64,000 nucleotides of DNA from a bacterium (lineage in GTDB: Bacteria; Patescibacteriota; Minisyncoccia; Phycocordibacterales; UBA2100). Each line of letters begins with the position of its first letter. Within the stretch, counting starts at the first letter, position 1. The notes below the pieces were generated by a model that worked only from the letters and a program-made list of their open reading frames with translations, had not been told where the DNA came from and ran no database searches. Positions 1 to 8,434 of the stretch are shown piece after piece. The translations under genes and the position numbers were made by a program. The DNA lies in NCBI GenBank assembly GCA_038128225.1, contig JAYPJF010000002.1:103451-167450 (forward strand), given 5' to 3'.

Positions 1-54
1 GCTCCACTGAACGTCGACTTGTGCCGGCTTCCCAAAGCCGGCACAATACTTTTT

Positions 55-1311
55 ATGCAGAAAAATGAACTTATACGGTATGAGCTGCCAGATTCGCCTG
101 GAGTGTATCTTTTTTGGAAAGGCGAAGAACTTTTGTATGTTGGCAAGGCGACGTCGCTCAAAGACCGAACAAAAAGTTATTTCACACATGATCTTATACA
201 GGCACGCGGCGAGCGAATCAGGGGCATGATCGAGTCAGCAACTACGCTCACGTGGAACGCGACCGATTCAGTGCTTGAAGCGCTTATCCTTGAAGCAAAT
301 TTAATAAAAAAACATCAGCCGCCGTTTAATATCCTTGAAAAAGACAACAAGAGTTACAACTATCTCGTTATCACAAAAGAACAATACCCGCGGGTTTTGG
401 TGCTGCGGGGGCGGGAATTGTTTCAACAATGGAATGATAAAGACATCAAACATCTGTTCGGGCCTTTCCCGCAAGGCGGGTCACTCAAAGAGGCGCTGAA
501 GCTTGTGCGCAAAATATTTCCGTATCGTGACATGTGCACACCTGAATCTGGCAAGCCATGTTTCAATAGACAGCTTGGGTTGTGTCCGGGAGTGTGCGAA
601 GGCGCAACGACAACAGAAGAGTATGCAGTAATGATAAAAAATATAGTCACCTTGTTCTCGGGGCGCAAAAAGACGCTCGTGCGACAACTTGAAAAAGAAA
701 TGAAAGTATATGCAAAACAAGAGCGCTTTGAAGAGGCAGCGTGCAGAAGCCGCCAGGTTCATGCGCTCACCCACATCCACGATGTCGCCTTGATTCGGGG
801 TGATGCATTTTCGTCGCGCGGGGGCGACACGAGAGGAATTCGCATCGAAAGTTATGACATTGCGCATACGGCAGGAATGGAGACTGTCGGGGTAATGACA
901 GTACTCGAGGATGGGGAAATCAAAAAAAGTGACTACCGTATGTTTAAGGTTCGCGGTGTCGGAAATAACGACACCAAGGCGCTCGCACAGGTGTTTGAGC
1001 GAAGGCTTACTCACCAGGAGTGGCCGATGCCTCGCCTGGTGGTGGTAGACGGTGGCAAAGGGCAACTCCATGCAATAAAACGGGTGATGAGCAGTGTCGG
1101 CATTGATATTCCCGCAGTTGCGGTGGTAAAAGACGAGCGGCATCGACCACGCGATGTTATTGGCGATCGCGCGTTTCGCGCGTCACACCAAAAAGAGATA
1201 TTACACGCAAACGCAGAAGCGCATCGCTTCGCGCAACGATTCCATGACATACGCAGGCGCAATCGATTGACAGGAAAACGGAACGGGAGTATACGACAGA
1301 AAGGCGCGTGA
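55..1311 (+). CDS. uvrC: Excinuclease ABC subunit C (UvrC), short form lacking the C-terminal HhH domain. The ORF is open to the window start; the ATG at 55 is chosen as the start.
   Basis: N-terminal GIY-YIG motif (GVYLFWKGEELLYVGKATSLKDRTKSYF). Cys-rich UvrB-interaction motif (LGLCPGVCEG). RNase H-like endonuclease region with EAHRFAQRFH near the C-terminus. Ends before any helix-hairpin-helix pair. Confidence 0.8.
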   Translation: MQKNELIRYELPDSPGVYLFWKGEELLYVGKATSLKDRTKSYFTHDLIQARGERIRGMIESATTLTWNATDSVLEALILEANLIKKHQPPFNILEKDNKSYNYLVITKEQYPRVLVLRGRELFQQWNDKDIKHLFGPFPQGGSLKEALKLVRKIFPYRDMCTPESGKPCFNRQLGLCPGVCEGATTTEEYAVMIKNIVTLFSGRKKTLVRQLEKEMKVYAKQERFEEAACRSRQVHALTHIHDVALIRGDAFSSRGGDTRGIRIESYDIAHTAGMETVGVMTVLEDGEIKKSDYRMFKVRGVGNNDTKALAQVFERRLTHQEWPMPRLVVVDGGKGQLHAIKRVMSSVGIDIPAVAVVKDERHRPRDVIGDRAFRASHQKEILHANAEAHRFAQRFHDIRRRNRLTGKRNGSIRQKGA

Positions 1312-1640
1312 AGACCCATATCATGATGGAGGCAGCAATGGCGGAAAGAATTACTCTATGCGTGGTTGGAGTCTACGATGGGAGCAGCAGGGGCCACATC
1401 CTTCGTGAAATCGCTTCCTATGGTGGAGACTTCAACAAGCGGCTCTACGTCTTCCCTCCAAAGGCCCATTTTAAGGAGGGGTTCGGAGCAAGTGTGGAGC
1501 AGCGGGTCAAGGGTGTAAGGAAGGCTTTTGAGTGTGTTTATCCAGACGAAGTGGATACGTGGGCACTTCTGGTGACACGAGATGATGGAGCGGATTGGTG
1601 TGGGATAAGCCAATTAATCGCTTTAATCGCGAATGAATGA
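1308..1640 (+). CDS. hypothetical protein (110 aa)
   Basis: ORF overlaps the uvrC stop by 4 nt and abuts ddl. No recognisable motif. Confidence 0.35.
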   Translation: MKTHIMMEAAMAERITLCVVGVYDGSSRGHILREIASYGGDFNKRLYVFPPKAHFKEGFGASVEQRVKGVRKAFECVYPDEVDTWALLVTRDDGADWCGISQLIALIANE

Positions 1641-1704
1641 GAGTAAAGAAGCGGCTGTCCCCCTGGGGCAGCCGTCGCTTCTTTTTATACGCTATACTTG
1701 TGCC

Positions 1705-2676
1705 ATGGCTCGCACCGTAGTCGGCGTGTTGCGTGGCGGCAACAGCAGCGAGTATGATCTCTCGCTCAAAACAGGGAATACGTTTCTTCAGTCGCTTCCT
1801 GAAGATGATTTTGCAGTGCAGGATATTTTTATAGACAAACAAGGATTGTGGCATATGCGAGGTGTCCCAACAGATCCCATTAGGACAGTGCGGCAGGCTG
1901 ATGTCGTAATTAATGCGCTTCATGGAGGCATGGGTGAGGATGGCACAGTGCAAAAGATCCTAAAAAATGCGCAGGTGCGATTTACCGGGTCAGATGCACT
2001 GTCTGCAGCGCTTACACTCAATAAACCTCGATCGCACGATGTGTTGCGCGAAGCGGGGATTCGGCTCCCTCACTCAGTTGTTTTGTATTCCAATCTCGAA
2101 GCGTCTCCCGCTGATTTGGCGCGGGCGACATTTGAACGAATCGGCCCGCCGTACGTACTGAAACCAGTTTCAGAGGGAGCATCACAGGGCGTCCGCGTTG
2201 CGCACTCAGTGCTTGAGTTGGCAGATGCGCTCGAGCGAATGCTTGCCTGGTTTGAAACAGTAATTGTCGAAGAATTTATTCACGGCAAAGAGGTGAGCGT
2301 GGGTGTCGTGGAGAATTTTCGCGACGAACCGTTGTACGCATTTCCTGCGACAGAAATAGTACTGCCTCGCGGCGAGACGTTCCTCACCACAAATGCCTAT
2401 CGCGACATGTCGTTTAAGGCACTTGCACCCGCGCCAAGTTTGCCGCTTGAACGCAAAAAAGAGGTTGAGTCAATCGCGCGGCGCGCCCACGAAGCGCTGG
2501 GGCTTTCGCACTACTCACGTGCCGACTTTATTGTCACGCCAAAACAGATTTATTTACTCGAGGTAAACGCTTTGCCTGCACTGTATCCGGGGACCCCTTT
2601 GTATGCATCTATGGATGCAGTGGGGTTGAAAACTGATGATTTTTCGAAACACATACTCGAACTTGCAGCGCGATGA
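1705..2676 (+). CDS. ddl: D-alanine--D-alanine ligase
   Basis: ATP-grasp fold motifs (NALHGGMGEDGTVQ, YVLKPVSEGASQGV, EVSVGVVE, LLEVNALP). Start taken at the ATG at 1705 (MARTVVGVLRGG). Confidence 0.85.
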   Translation: MARTVVGVLRGGNSSEYDLSLKTGNTFLQSLPEDDFAVQDIFIDKQGLWHMRGVPTDPIRTVRQADVVINALHGGMGEDGTVQKILKNAQVRFTGSDALSAALTLNKPRSHDVLREAGIRLPHSVVLYSNLEASPADLARATFERIGPPYVLKPVSEGASQGVRVAHSVLELADALERMLAWFETVIVEEFIHGKEVSVGVVENFRDEPLYAFPATEIVLPRGETFLTTNAYRDMSFKALAPAPSLPLERKKEVESIARRAHEALGLSHYSRADFIVTPKQIYLLEVNALPALYPGTPLYASMDAVGLKTDDFSKHILELAAR

Positions 2677-2775
2677 GGGTATTGACATAATAAGTATAAA
2701 ATGTCAATATATTCGACGGTCTGTGCAGGCTGATCTGCGCAGAATCATATGATCAACTAAAAGAGGAGAAACCTC

Positions 2776-3738
2776 ATGGGTTTCTTTAAGGATCTGTTCG
2801 GCGGCAGTTCCGAGTCCGCGCCGCCGGTTGTTCCCGTTCCCACCGTGGAGGACGATCCGTACTACGATCGGAACAATGACCCGGCGATGGGCATCTTCGA
2901 CGGCGGCACGATCGCCGCTATGTTGAAGGCTGGCCAGAATCTGGCGGTCGGCGATACTGCCGAGAACCAGTGGAGCGGGAACGACGAAATTGTCGAGGCG
3001 ATCGCCCAGTACTGGGGCGCCGAAGTCCCGAACCTGGCCGCGATCGCCGACGAAGGCGTCGGCCCCGTCAACGACTGGCTCAAGCAGCATGGCGTCGACC
3101 TCGCGCTTCAGAACCAGGGTCCCGGCCTGTATATGGCCGCGGTCCAGAGCGCGACGATGTTCTGGAGCCAGGCCGGCAGGGCGGCTGAGCTCGACATCCC
3201 CTCAATGGGGGAGCGTGTTCCGGGGTTCGTCCTCGAGGGCGAGCAGGTCGAGGTCTTCGAAGACCTCGACGGTCATCCTTTCGCTCGCATCGCGACGAAG
3301 GATGGGTCCCACGTCTACGTGTGCCCGCTGCCCGAGGAGTATGAGCCTGTCGGCGGCATCGGGCTCATTGATGCCGCTCGCGCTCTCGTCGAGATGACGC
3401 AGGAGGCGAAGCAGAGCCGGAATTACTCCGGCATCCACCTACCCTGTGTCGACTACACGGGAGGGTGCAAGCTCACGGCGCTTCTCGGGATGAACCTCGG
3501 GTCGCTTGAGATCAAGGAGGCGCTCACGGCGCTTTCGCTCAAGATGAACCGGTTTGGTGCGGCCGACAAGGTCGCATCCGCTGCCGGTGGATTCGAGAGT
3601 ACGCCCGCTCCCGCCCTCGTGGTCGACAGCGCCTTCTTCTACTTCAGGACGGCGCCGGGGAGCGATCTGCCGCTCGTCACGGCGGTGATTCCGGTTTCTG
3701 GCTTCAAGGATCCTGGTGACGACGCCATTGCGGCGTAG
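2776..3738 (+). CDS. hypothetical protein encoded by a high-GC (Actinobacteria-like codon usage) gene; likely horizontally acquired
   Basis: Strong SD (AAAGAGGAGAAACCTC) before the ATG. GC and GC3 are clearly higher than in flanking genes. No family recognised from motifs (PYYDRNNDP, HVYVCPLPEEYEPVGG). Confidence 0.6.
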   Translation: MGFFKDLFGGSSESAPPVVPVPTVEDDPYYDRNNDPAMGIFDGGTIAAMLKAGQNLAVGDTAENQWSGNDEIVEAIAQYWGAEVPNLAAIADEGVGPVNDWLKQHGVDLALQNQGPGLYMAAVQSATMFWSQAGRAAELDIPSMGERVPGFVLEGEQVEVFEDLDGHPFARIATKDGSHVYVCPLPEEYEPVGGIGLIDAARALVEMTQEAKQSRNYSGIHLPCVDYTGGCKLTALLGMNLGSLEIKEALTALSLKMNRFGAADKVASAAGGFESTPAPALVVDSAFFYFRTAPGSDLPLVTAVIPVSGFKDPGDDAIAA

Positions 3739-3767
3739 AGTCGCTGACGCCTGAAGCCACAAAAAAT

Positions 3768-3801
3768 GCCCCGGGCGCTTACGCGCCCGGGGTCTTCGTT
3801 T
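3768..3801 (+). terminator. rho-independent terminator after the high-GC gene
   Basis: GCCCCGGGCGC-TTAC-GCGCCCGGGG hairpin followed by TCTTCGTTT. Confidence 0.6.
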
Positions 3802-3831
3802 ACAATAAAAGTTGTTGTACAGTGGGCGGAC

Positions 3832-3907
3832 GGGCCCGTAGCTCAGCTGGTAGAGCGCTGCATTCGCATTGCAGAGGTCAGGGATTCGATCTCCCTCGGG
3901 TCCACCA
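3832..3907 (+). tRNA. tRNA-Ala (anticodon CGC), CCA encoded
   Basis: Manual cloverleaf: acceptor GGGCCCG/CGGGTCC; D-arm GCTC..GAGC; anticodon stem CTGCA/TGCAG with loop TTCGCAT; T-arm AGGGA-TTCGATC-TCCCT; 3' ACCA. Confidence 0.85.
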
Positions 3908-3909
3908 CT

Positions 3910-4749
3910 ATGATTCTTTTGTTTTATAAATACATCACCATAGTTGACCCTAAGACGCTCGCCGAGAAAGTGCGCGTGTACGCCGAAAAACTAGATCTTT
4001 TGGGGCGCATCATTGTTGCAGAAGAAGGGATAAACGGCACCGTCGAAAGTTCGTCGGAAGCAGCGCAAGAATTTTCGGATTTTCTACACACGCTGCCCGG
4101 ATTAGCCGACATGAATATCAAAACAAGCGAAGGGGAGCGAGCTTTCCGAAAGCTCTCAGTAAAAGTACGAAAAGAGATCGTCGGGACCCATTTCCCACAA
4201 GACATTGACCCGCGCGTGCGCACCGCAGTGCACATTCCTGCGCAAACCCTCCGTGAGTGGTATCGGTCGGGGAAGCAGTTTACGGTGGTTGACATGCGTA
4301 ACAGTTACGAATATGCGTCGGGACATTTCAAAAACTCGATTGATCCGGGGATGGAAGCATCGCGCGACCTCCCGGAAGTCATGCCGAAACTCGCGCCGTA
4401 TAAAAACAAAACGGTGGTGACGGTATGCACTGGTGGTGTCCGGTGCGAAAAAATGTCAGCGTACCTTTTGAAAGAAGGATTTACCGATGTGTACCAACTT
4501 GAAAACGGGATCCATACATACATGCAACAGTTTCCTGGTGAGGACTTTGAGGGAACGCTCTATACGTTTGATACCCGCGTCACGATGGATTTCGGGGGCA
4601 AAAGAAAAGTGGTGGGCGCGTGTACTTTTTGCGGCAAACAGACTGAGCGCTACATCAACTGCGCCCAAGGAGAATGTCGAACACATTTTCTCGCGTGTAC
4701 TGAGTGCGCGCCACACGATCGAGCGATGTTCTGTACTCGTTGTAAATAA
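3910..4749 (+). CDS. trhO: rhodanese-domain tRNA U34 hydroxylase TrhO/YceA family (UPF0176) with C-terminal Cys-rich zinc-ribbon extension
   Basis: N-terminal FYKYITIVDP...LGRIIVAEEGINGTV signature. Rhodanese active-site Cys (VTVCTGGVRCEK). Cys cluster CTFCGK...CAQGEC...CTEC...CTRC. The ATG lies 2 nt after the tRNA CCA, so the exact start is uncertain. Confidence 0.7.
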   Translation: MILLFYKYITIVDPKTLAEKVRVYAEKLDLLGRIIVAEEGINGTVESSSEAAQEFSDFLHTLPGLADMNIKTSEGERAFRKLSVKVRKEIVGTHFPQDIDPRVRTAVHIPAQTLREWYRSGKQFTVVDMRNSYEYASGHFKNSIDPGMEASRDLPEVMPKLAPYKNKTVVTVCTGGVRCEKMSAYLLKEGFTDVYQLENGIHTYMQQFPGEDFEGTLYTFDTRVTMDFGGKRKVVGACTFCGKQTERYINCAQGECRTHFLACTECAPHDRAMFCTRCK

Positions 4750-4870
4750 CGGCCACTGCTGTCTTTTAAACCGCATAGCGGTTGACTTTGTCTGTTTTCA
4801 TGTCCGATTCATGTTGTGTGGATAATATTGCTATGCAGGTGGTAAAAAGTGGTTTAAATTTTACTGGTAG

Positions 4871-4898
4871 TGGGGGAAAGTGGGAAACATGGGAAACC
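4871..4898 (+). promoter_or_regulatory. putative MraZ operator: three direct TGGGA-core repeats at about 10-bp periodicity upstream of mraZ
   Basis: TGGGGGAAAG / TGGGAAACA / TGGGAAACC, 30-57 nt upstream of the mraZ ATG. MraZ is known to bind a TGGGN direct-repeat array in its own promoter. Confidence 0.5.
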
Positions 4899-4927
4899 CA
4901 ACATTCTCAACCTGCGAGTAGTTTCAT

Positions 4928-5362
4928 ATGTTCATCGGCGAATACGAACACACTCTGGATGAAAAGAAGCGCGTTACGCTCCCCAAGTCTTTTAAAAATG
5001 AATTGGGAAAGAAAATGGTGGTGACTCGCGGCTTGGATAATTGTCTTTTCATCTATCCGATGACCGCGTGGAAAAAGATCGCTGACCGACTCCAAAACCT
5101 TTCGTTCGCACACGCCGATACGCGCGGGTTCAATCGCTTCTTGCTTTCTGGAGCCGTTGAGGTCGAGGCGGACAAGACTGGAAGGATTCTGATTCCTGAT
5201 CATCACAAAGAATTTGCAAAACTCGGGCGCACGATCGTGTTTGCGGGCGTCTCTGATCGCGTTGAGGTGTGGGACACCGATGCGTGGAAGAAATATAAAG
5301 AGCATATCGAGAAGCAGGCCGATGTGATGGCGGAGAAGTTGGGCGAGATAGGAGTTCTTTAA
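4928..5362 (+). CDS. mraZ: division/cell wall cluster transcriptional regulator MraZ
   Basis: Two MraZ half-domains; typical size and N-terminus (MFIGEYEHTLDEKKRVTLPKSF); position 5' of rsmH. Confidence 0.9.
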   Translation: MFIGEYEHTLDEKKRVTLPKSFKNELGKKMVVTRGLDNCLFIYPMTAWKKIADRLQNLSFAHADTRGFNRFLLSGAVEVEADKTGRILIPDHHKEFAKLGRTIVFAGVSDRVEVWDTDAWKKYKEHIEKQADVMAEKLGEIGVL

Positions 5363-5488
5363 TGGTGATGGTTTCAAGTTGCTGGAAGATTTGCATACGT
5401 CATGCGCACGCGACGCACCACTTCTTCCAGCAACTCGACGCCGGCACCGGAAGACGGGCGTCGCCTACCGTACCCCAGGGAGGGGCAT

Positions 5489-6367
5489 GTGAGCGTTCTT
5501 TTACAAGAAGCAGTAGAGATGCTTGCGATTCAACCCGAATCAGTCGTTGTTGATGCAACGCTCGGAGGAGCGGGGCATACAGCAGCGATCGCGGCGAAGC
5601 TTAGTAAGAAAGGACTTCTTATCGGCATCGACGCAGACAGCAAAGCCATCGAACGAGCACGCGCACGAGTACAAAATTGTGCGCCACGTGTCTGTTTTGC
5701 ACACGGCAATTTCCGAGACATCACGAACCTAGTGCGTTCGTGTACCGATAAGCTTGTTGATGGAATGCTTTTTGATCTTGGGTGGAGCGGATTTCAGTTA
5801 CAAGCGGGGCGTGGCTTCTCGCTAAGCGAGAACGGGCCACTTTTGATGACGTATGCCGACACGGGCGACACGTCTCTCACCGCTCATACCATCGTGAATA
5901 CATGGGGCGAAGAAAGCCTTTACCAAGTTATTCGCGGATGGGGTGAGGAGAGATATGCACGACGTATCGCACGAGGTCTGCTTGAGGCTCGAAACCACGC
6001 CCCGATTGAAACCGCTCATGACTTGCAAGCAATCATTGCCCGTTCGGTACCTCCTGCGTATCGGTATGGGCGCATCCATCCGGCGACGCGCACATTTCAA
6101 GCACTTCGCATCGCGGTGAATGACGAGTTGGGCGCACTGCACGCAGCGCTTCAAAGCGCACCAGAGATTAGTGGTCATGGTACACGCGTTGCAATTATTT
6201 CTTTCCACAGCCTTGAGGATCGGATTGTAAAACACACATTCCAAGCATGGGCAAAAGAGGGAAAAGGAAATGTGCTCACAAAAAAGCCAATCACTGCTTC
6301 ACCAAAAGAAATTGCGCACAATCCACGGTCACGCAGCGCGAAACTCAGGGTATTTCAATTCAACTAA
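5489..6367 (+). CDS. rsmH: 16S rRNA (cytosine1402-N4)-methyltransferase RsmH (MraW)
   Basis: HVSVLLQEAVEMLAIQPESVVVDATLGGAGHT aligns with the RsmH N-terminus. Start proposed at GTG 5489 after the SD GGAGGGG. The longer ORF from 5402 is possible. Confidence 0.8.
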   Translation: MSVLLQEAVEMLAIQPESVVVDATLGGAGHTAAIAAKLSKKGLLIGIDADSKAIERARARVQNCAPRVCFAHGNFRDITNLVRSCTDKLVDGMLFDLGWSGFQLQAGRGFSLSENGPLLMTYADTGDTSLTAHTIVNTWGEESLYQVIRGWGEERYARRIARGLLEARNHAPIETAHDLQAIIARSVPPAYRYGRIHPATRTFQALRIAVNDELGALHAALQSAPEISGHGTRVAIISFHSLEDRIVKHTFQAWAKEGKGNVLTKKPITASPKEIAHNPRSRSAKLRVFQFN

Positions 6368-6372
6368 GCACC

Positions 6373-6738
6373 ATGCAAAATCTTTCAATAACATATCACC
6401 GTTCAATGCAGCGCGTTGGCGTGAAGCTTTTGGACGAGCACCCGCTTGAAACATTCATGTTCCGCTCCACTCTTGGGCTTCTTTTGATACTTGCGTGCGC
6501 ATATGTGTATTTGCTTACCGCTACCACATTTGCGGTTGTTGACCGAAAGGAGGCGCATGCACGCACGACTGAGCTCCAGACAACTGTCGCGCAGCTTGAA
6601 GCAGATTACGCGCAACTTGCACAATCAGTTGACGCACAGCTCGCTGTAGCGTACGCACTCACTGAGCCAATTGAAAAACAATTTGCAACGCGCCATGTGG
6701 CCGGAGCAACAGGCGCACTGGCTCACAATGAAATCTAG
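6373..6738 (+). CDS. ftsL: cell division protein FtsL-like (single TM plus coiled coil)
   Basis: Position between rsmH and ftsI. One TM helix (LGLLLILACAYVYLLTATTFAVV) followed by a heptad-like region. Confidence 0.55.
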   Translation: MQNLSITYHRSMQRVGVKLLDEHPLETFMFRSTLGLLLILACAYVYLLTATTFAVVDRKEAHARTTELQTTVAQLEADYAQLAQSVDAQLAVAYALTEPIEKQFATRHVAGATGALAHNEI

Positions 6739-8434
6739 GTTTGTTCTTCGCACTCGCGTGATCGCGGGCGGCATGATTTTTGCCGCTCTCTTTCTTGGTG
6801 TCCGTCTCTACTTTGTACAAATTGTTCATGGCGATGAGTTTCGAGAAGAGGCACGTTCACAATATGAGGCACCGCGCACCGAAGCAGCTGACCGGGGAAG
6901 CATCTTCTTTACTGACAAAAATGGAAAACATATGGAAGCGGCGCTGATGCGCGCCAGTTATCGCATTGCGATAAAACCAAGCCAACTTGGCGATACGCAC
7001 GCGACATATGACGCGCTGAATTCCGTTACTCCTATCGAATACTCTCGCTACGAAACAAGTACCGCAAAACGCGATGACCCGTACGAAGAAATTGCAACTC
7101 GAGTTCCTGAAGATAAGGCATTTGCGATACAAGCGCTTGGACTTCCCGGTGTTGTCATAGTGCGCGAATATTGGCGCTTCTATCCTGCTCAGAAACTTGC
7201 AGCGCAAACACTTGGTTTTGTGGGATTTCGCGGGGATGAACGTGTCGGGCGCTACGGTCTCGAACGGTATTGGGAAGATGTTTTGAAGCGATCACCGAAT
7301 TCGCATTACTCCAATTTCTTCGCAGAGATATTTTCGAGTGTGCAAGCATTTGCAACCGAGCAAGGAGAAGGTGACCTAGTCACCACGATCGAACCTGTTG
7401 TGGAGCAGCACCTTGAAGATTCACTCAAAGAAATTAATCAGGTGTATCGGCCAAAACACGTAGGAGGAATTATCATGGATCCGAAAACTGGCGCGATTTA
7501 TGCAATGGCCGCACTGCCTACATTTGACCCGAACGAGTACAATACGGTATCTGATCCGGCAGTATACTCGAATCCACTTGTGGAAAGCGTGTATGAATTC
7601 GGCTCGACAGTAAAAGCGCTTACCATGGCGGCTGGGCTTGATGCGGGTGTTATTACTCCAAAAACAACGTACGAAGACCGCGGCTTTGTCATCAAGAGTG
7701 GCGCGCGCATCTCAAACTACGACGGCAAGGCGCGCGGAGTAGTACCGATGCAAGAGGTACTGAGCCAATCACTCAATACAGGTGTCTCGTTCATCGTCGA
7801 TAGACTTGGGCATGAGCGGTTCGCGCGGTACATGCGCGCGTTTAAGCTCGGCGAGGAAACAGGCATTGACTTGCCAAACGAAGTTCCCGGCATACTCTCC
7901 GCGCTTGAAAGTAAAAGTGATGTTGATTATGCGTCAGCGTCGTTTGGGCAAGGATTCGCAACGACGCCGCTTGCACTCACTCGCGCGCTCTCCGCGCTCG
8001 CCAATGACGGAGTATTACCGGAGCCGCATGTGGTTGACTCGATCCGCTATGAAAGCGGCATCACCAAGCGCGTGTGGCGCGAAGGCGTAGATCATGTCAT
8101 CTCAGAAGAAGCAGCAGACACCGTGACCACCATGCTTACCACTGTGGTAGATGAGGCGCTCTTACATGGTGAAATTAAAAACGATCACTACCAAATCGCG
8201 GCAAAAACAGGCACAGCTCAGATCGCGCGCCCTGGCGGCGGATATTACACTGACCGCTATCTGCACTCATTTTTTGGCTATTTTCCAGCAAGTGATCCAA
8301 AGTTTATAATTTTCCTCTACACTGTTGAGCCGCAAGGGGTTGAGTACGCTTCGCAATCTTTAGCGCGGCCATTTGCGGAACTGGCAAATTTCTTGCTGAC
8401 CTATTACGATGTGCCTCCTGACCGAACACCATGA
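6728..8434 (+). CDS. ftsI: peptidoglycan D,D-transpeptidase FtsI (PBP3-type class B penicillin-binding protein)
   Basis: N-terminal TM. SxxK (FGSTVKALT), SxN-like (RISNYDG) and KTGTA motifs. Position in the dcw cluster. Confidence 0.85.
   Translation: MKSRFVLRTRVIAGGMIFAALFLGVRLYFVQIVHGDEFREEARSQYEAPRTEAADRGSIFFTDKNGKHMEAALMRASYRIAIKPSQLGDTHATYDALNSVTPIEYSRYETSTAKRDDPYEEIATRVPEDKAFAIQALGLPGVVIVREYWRFYPAQKLAAQTLGFVGFRGDERVGRYGLERYWEDVLKRSPNSHYSNFFAEIFSSVQAFATEQGEGDLVTTIEPVVEQHLEDSLKEINQVYRPKHVGGIIMDPKTGAIYAMAALPTFDPNEYNTVSDPAVYSNPLVESVYEFGSTVKALTMAAGLDAGVITPKTTYEDRGFVIKSGARISNYDGKARGVVPMQEVLSQSLNTGVSFIVDRLGHERFARYMRAFKLGEETGIDLPNEVPGILSALESKSDVDYASASFGQGFATTPLALTRALSALANDGVLPEPHVVDSIRYESGITKRVWREGVDHVISEEAADTVTTMLTTVVDEALLHGEIKNDHYQIAAKTGTAQIARPGGGYYTDRYLHSFFGYFPASDPKFIIFLYTVEPQGVEYASQSLARPFAELANFLLTYYDVPPDRTP

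Noticed and set aside
2970-3397. Arg/Pro/Ser-rich ORFs in alternative frames of the high-GC gene
   Set aside because: Out-of-frame artefacts of GC-rich coding sequence.
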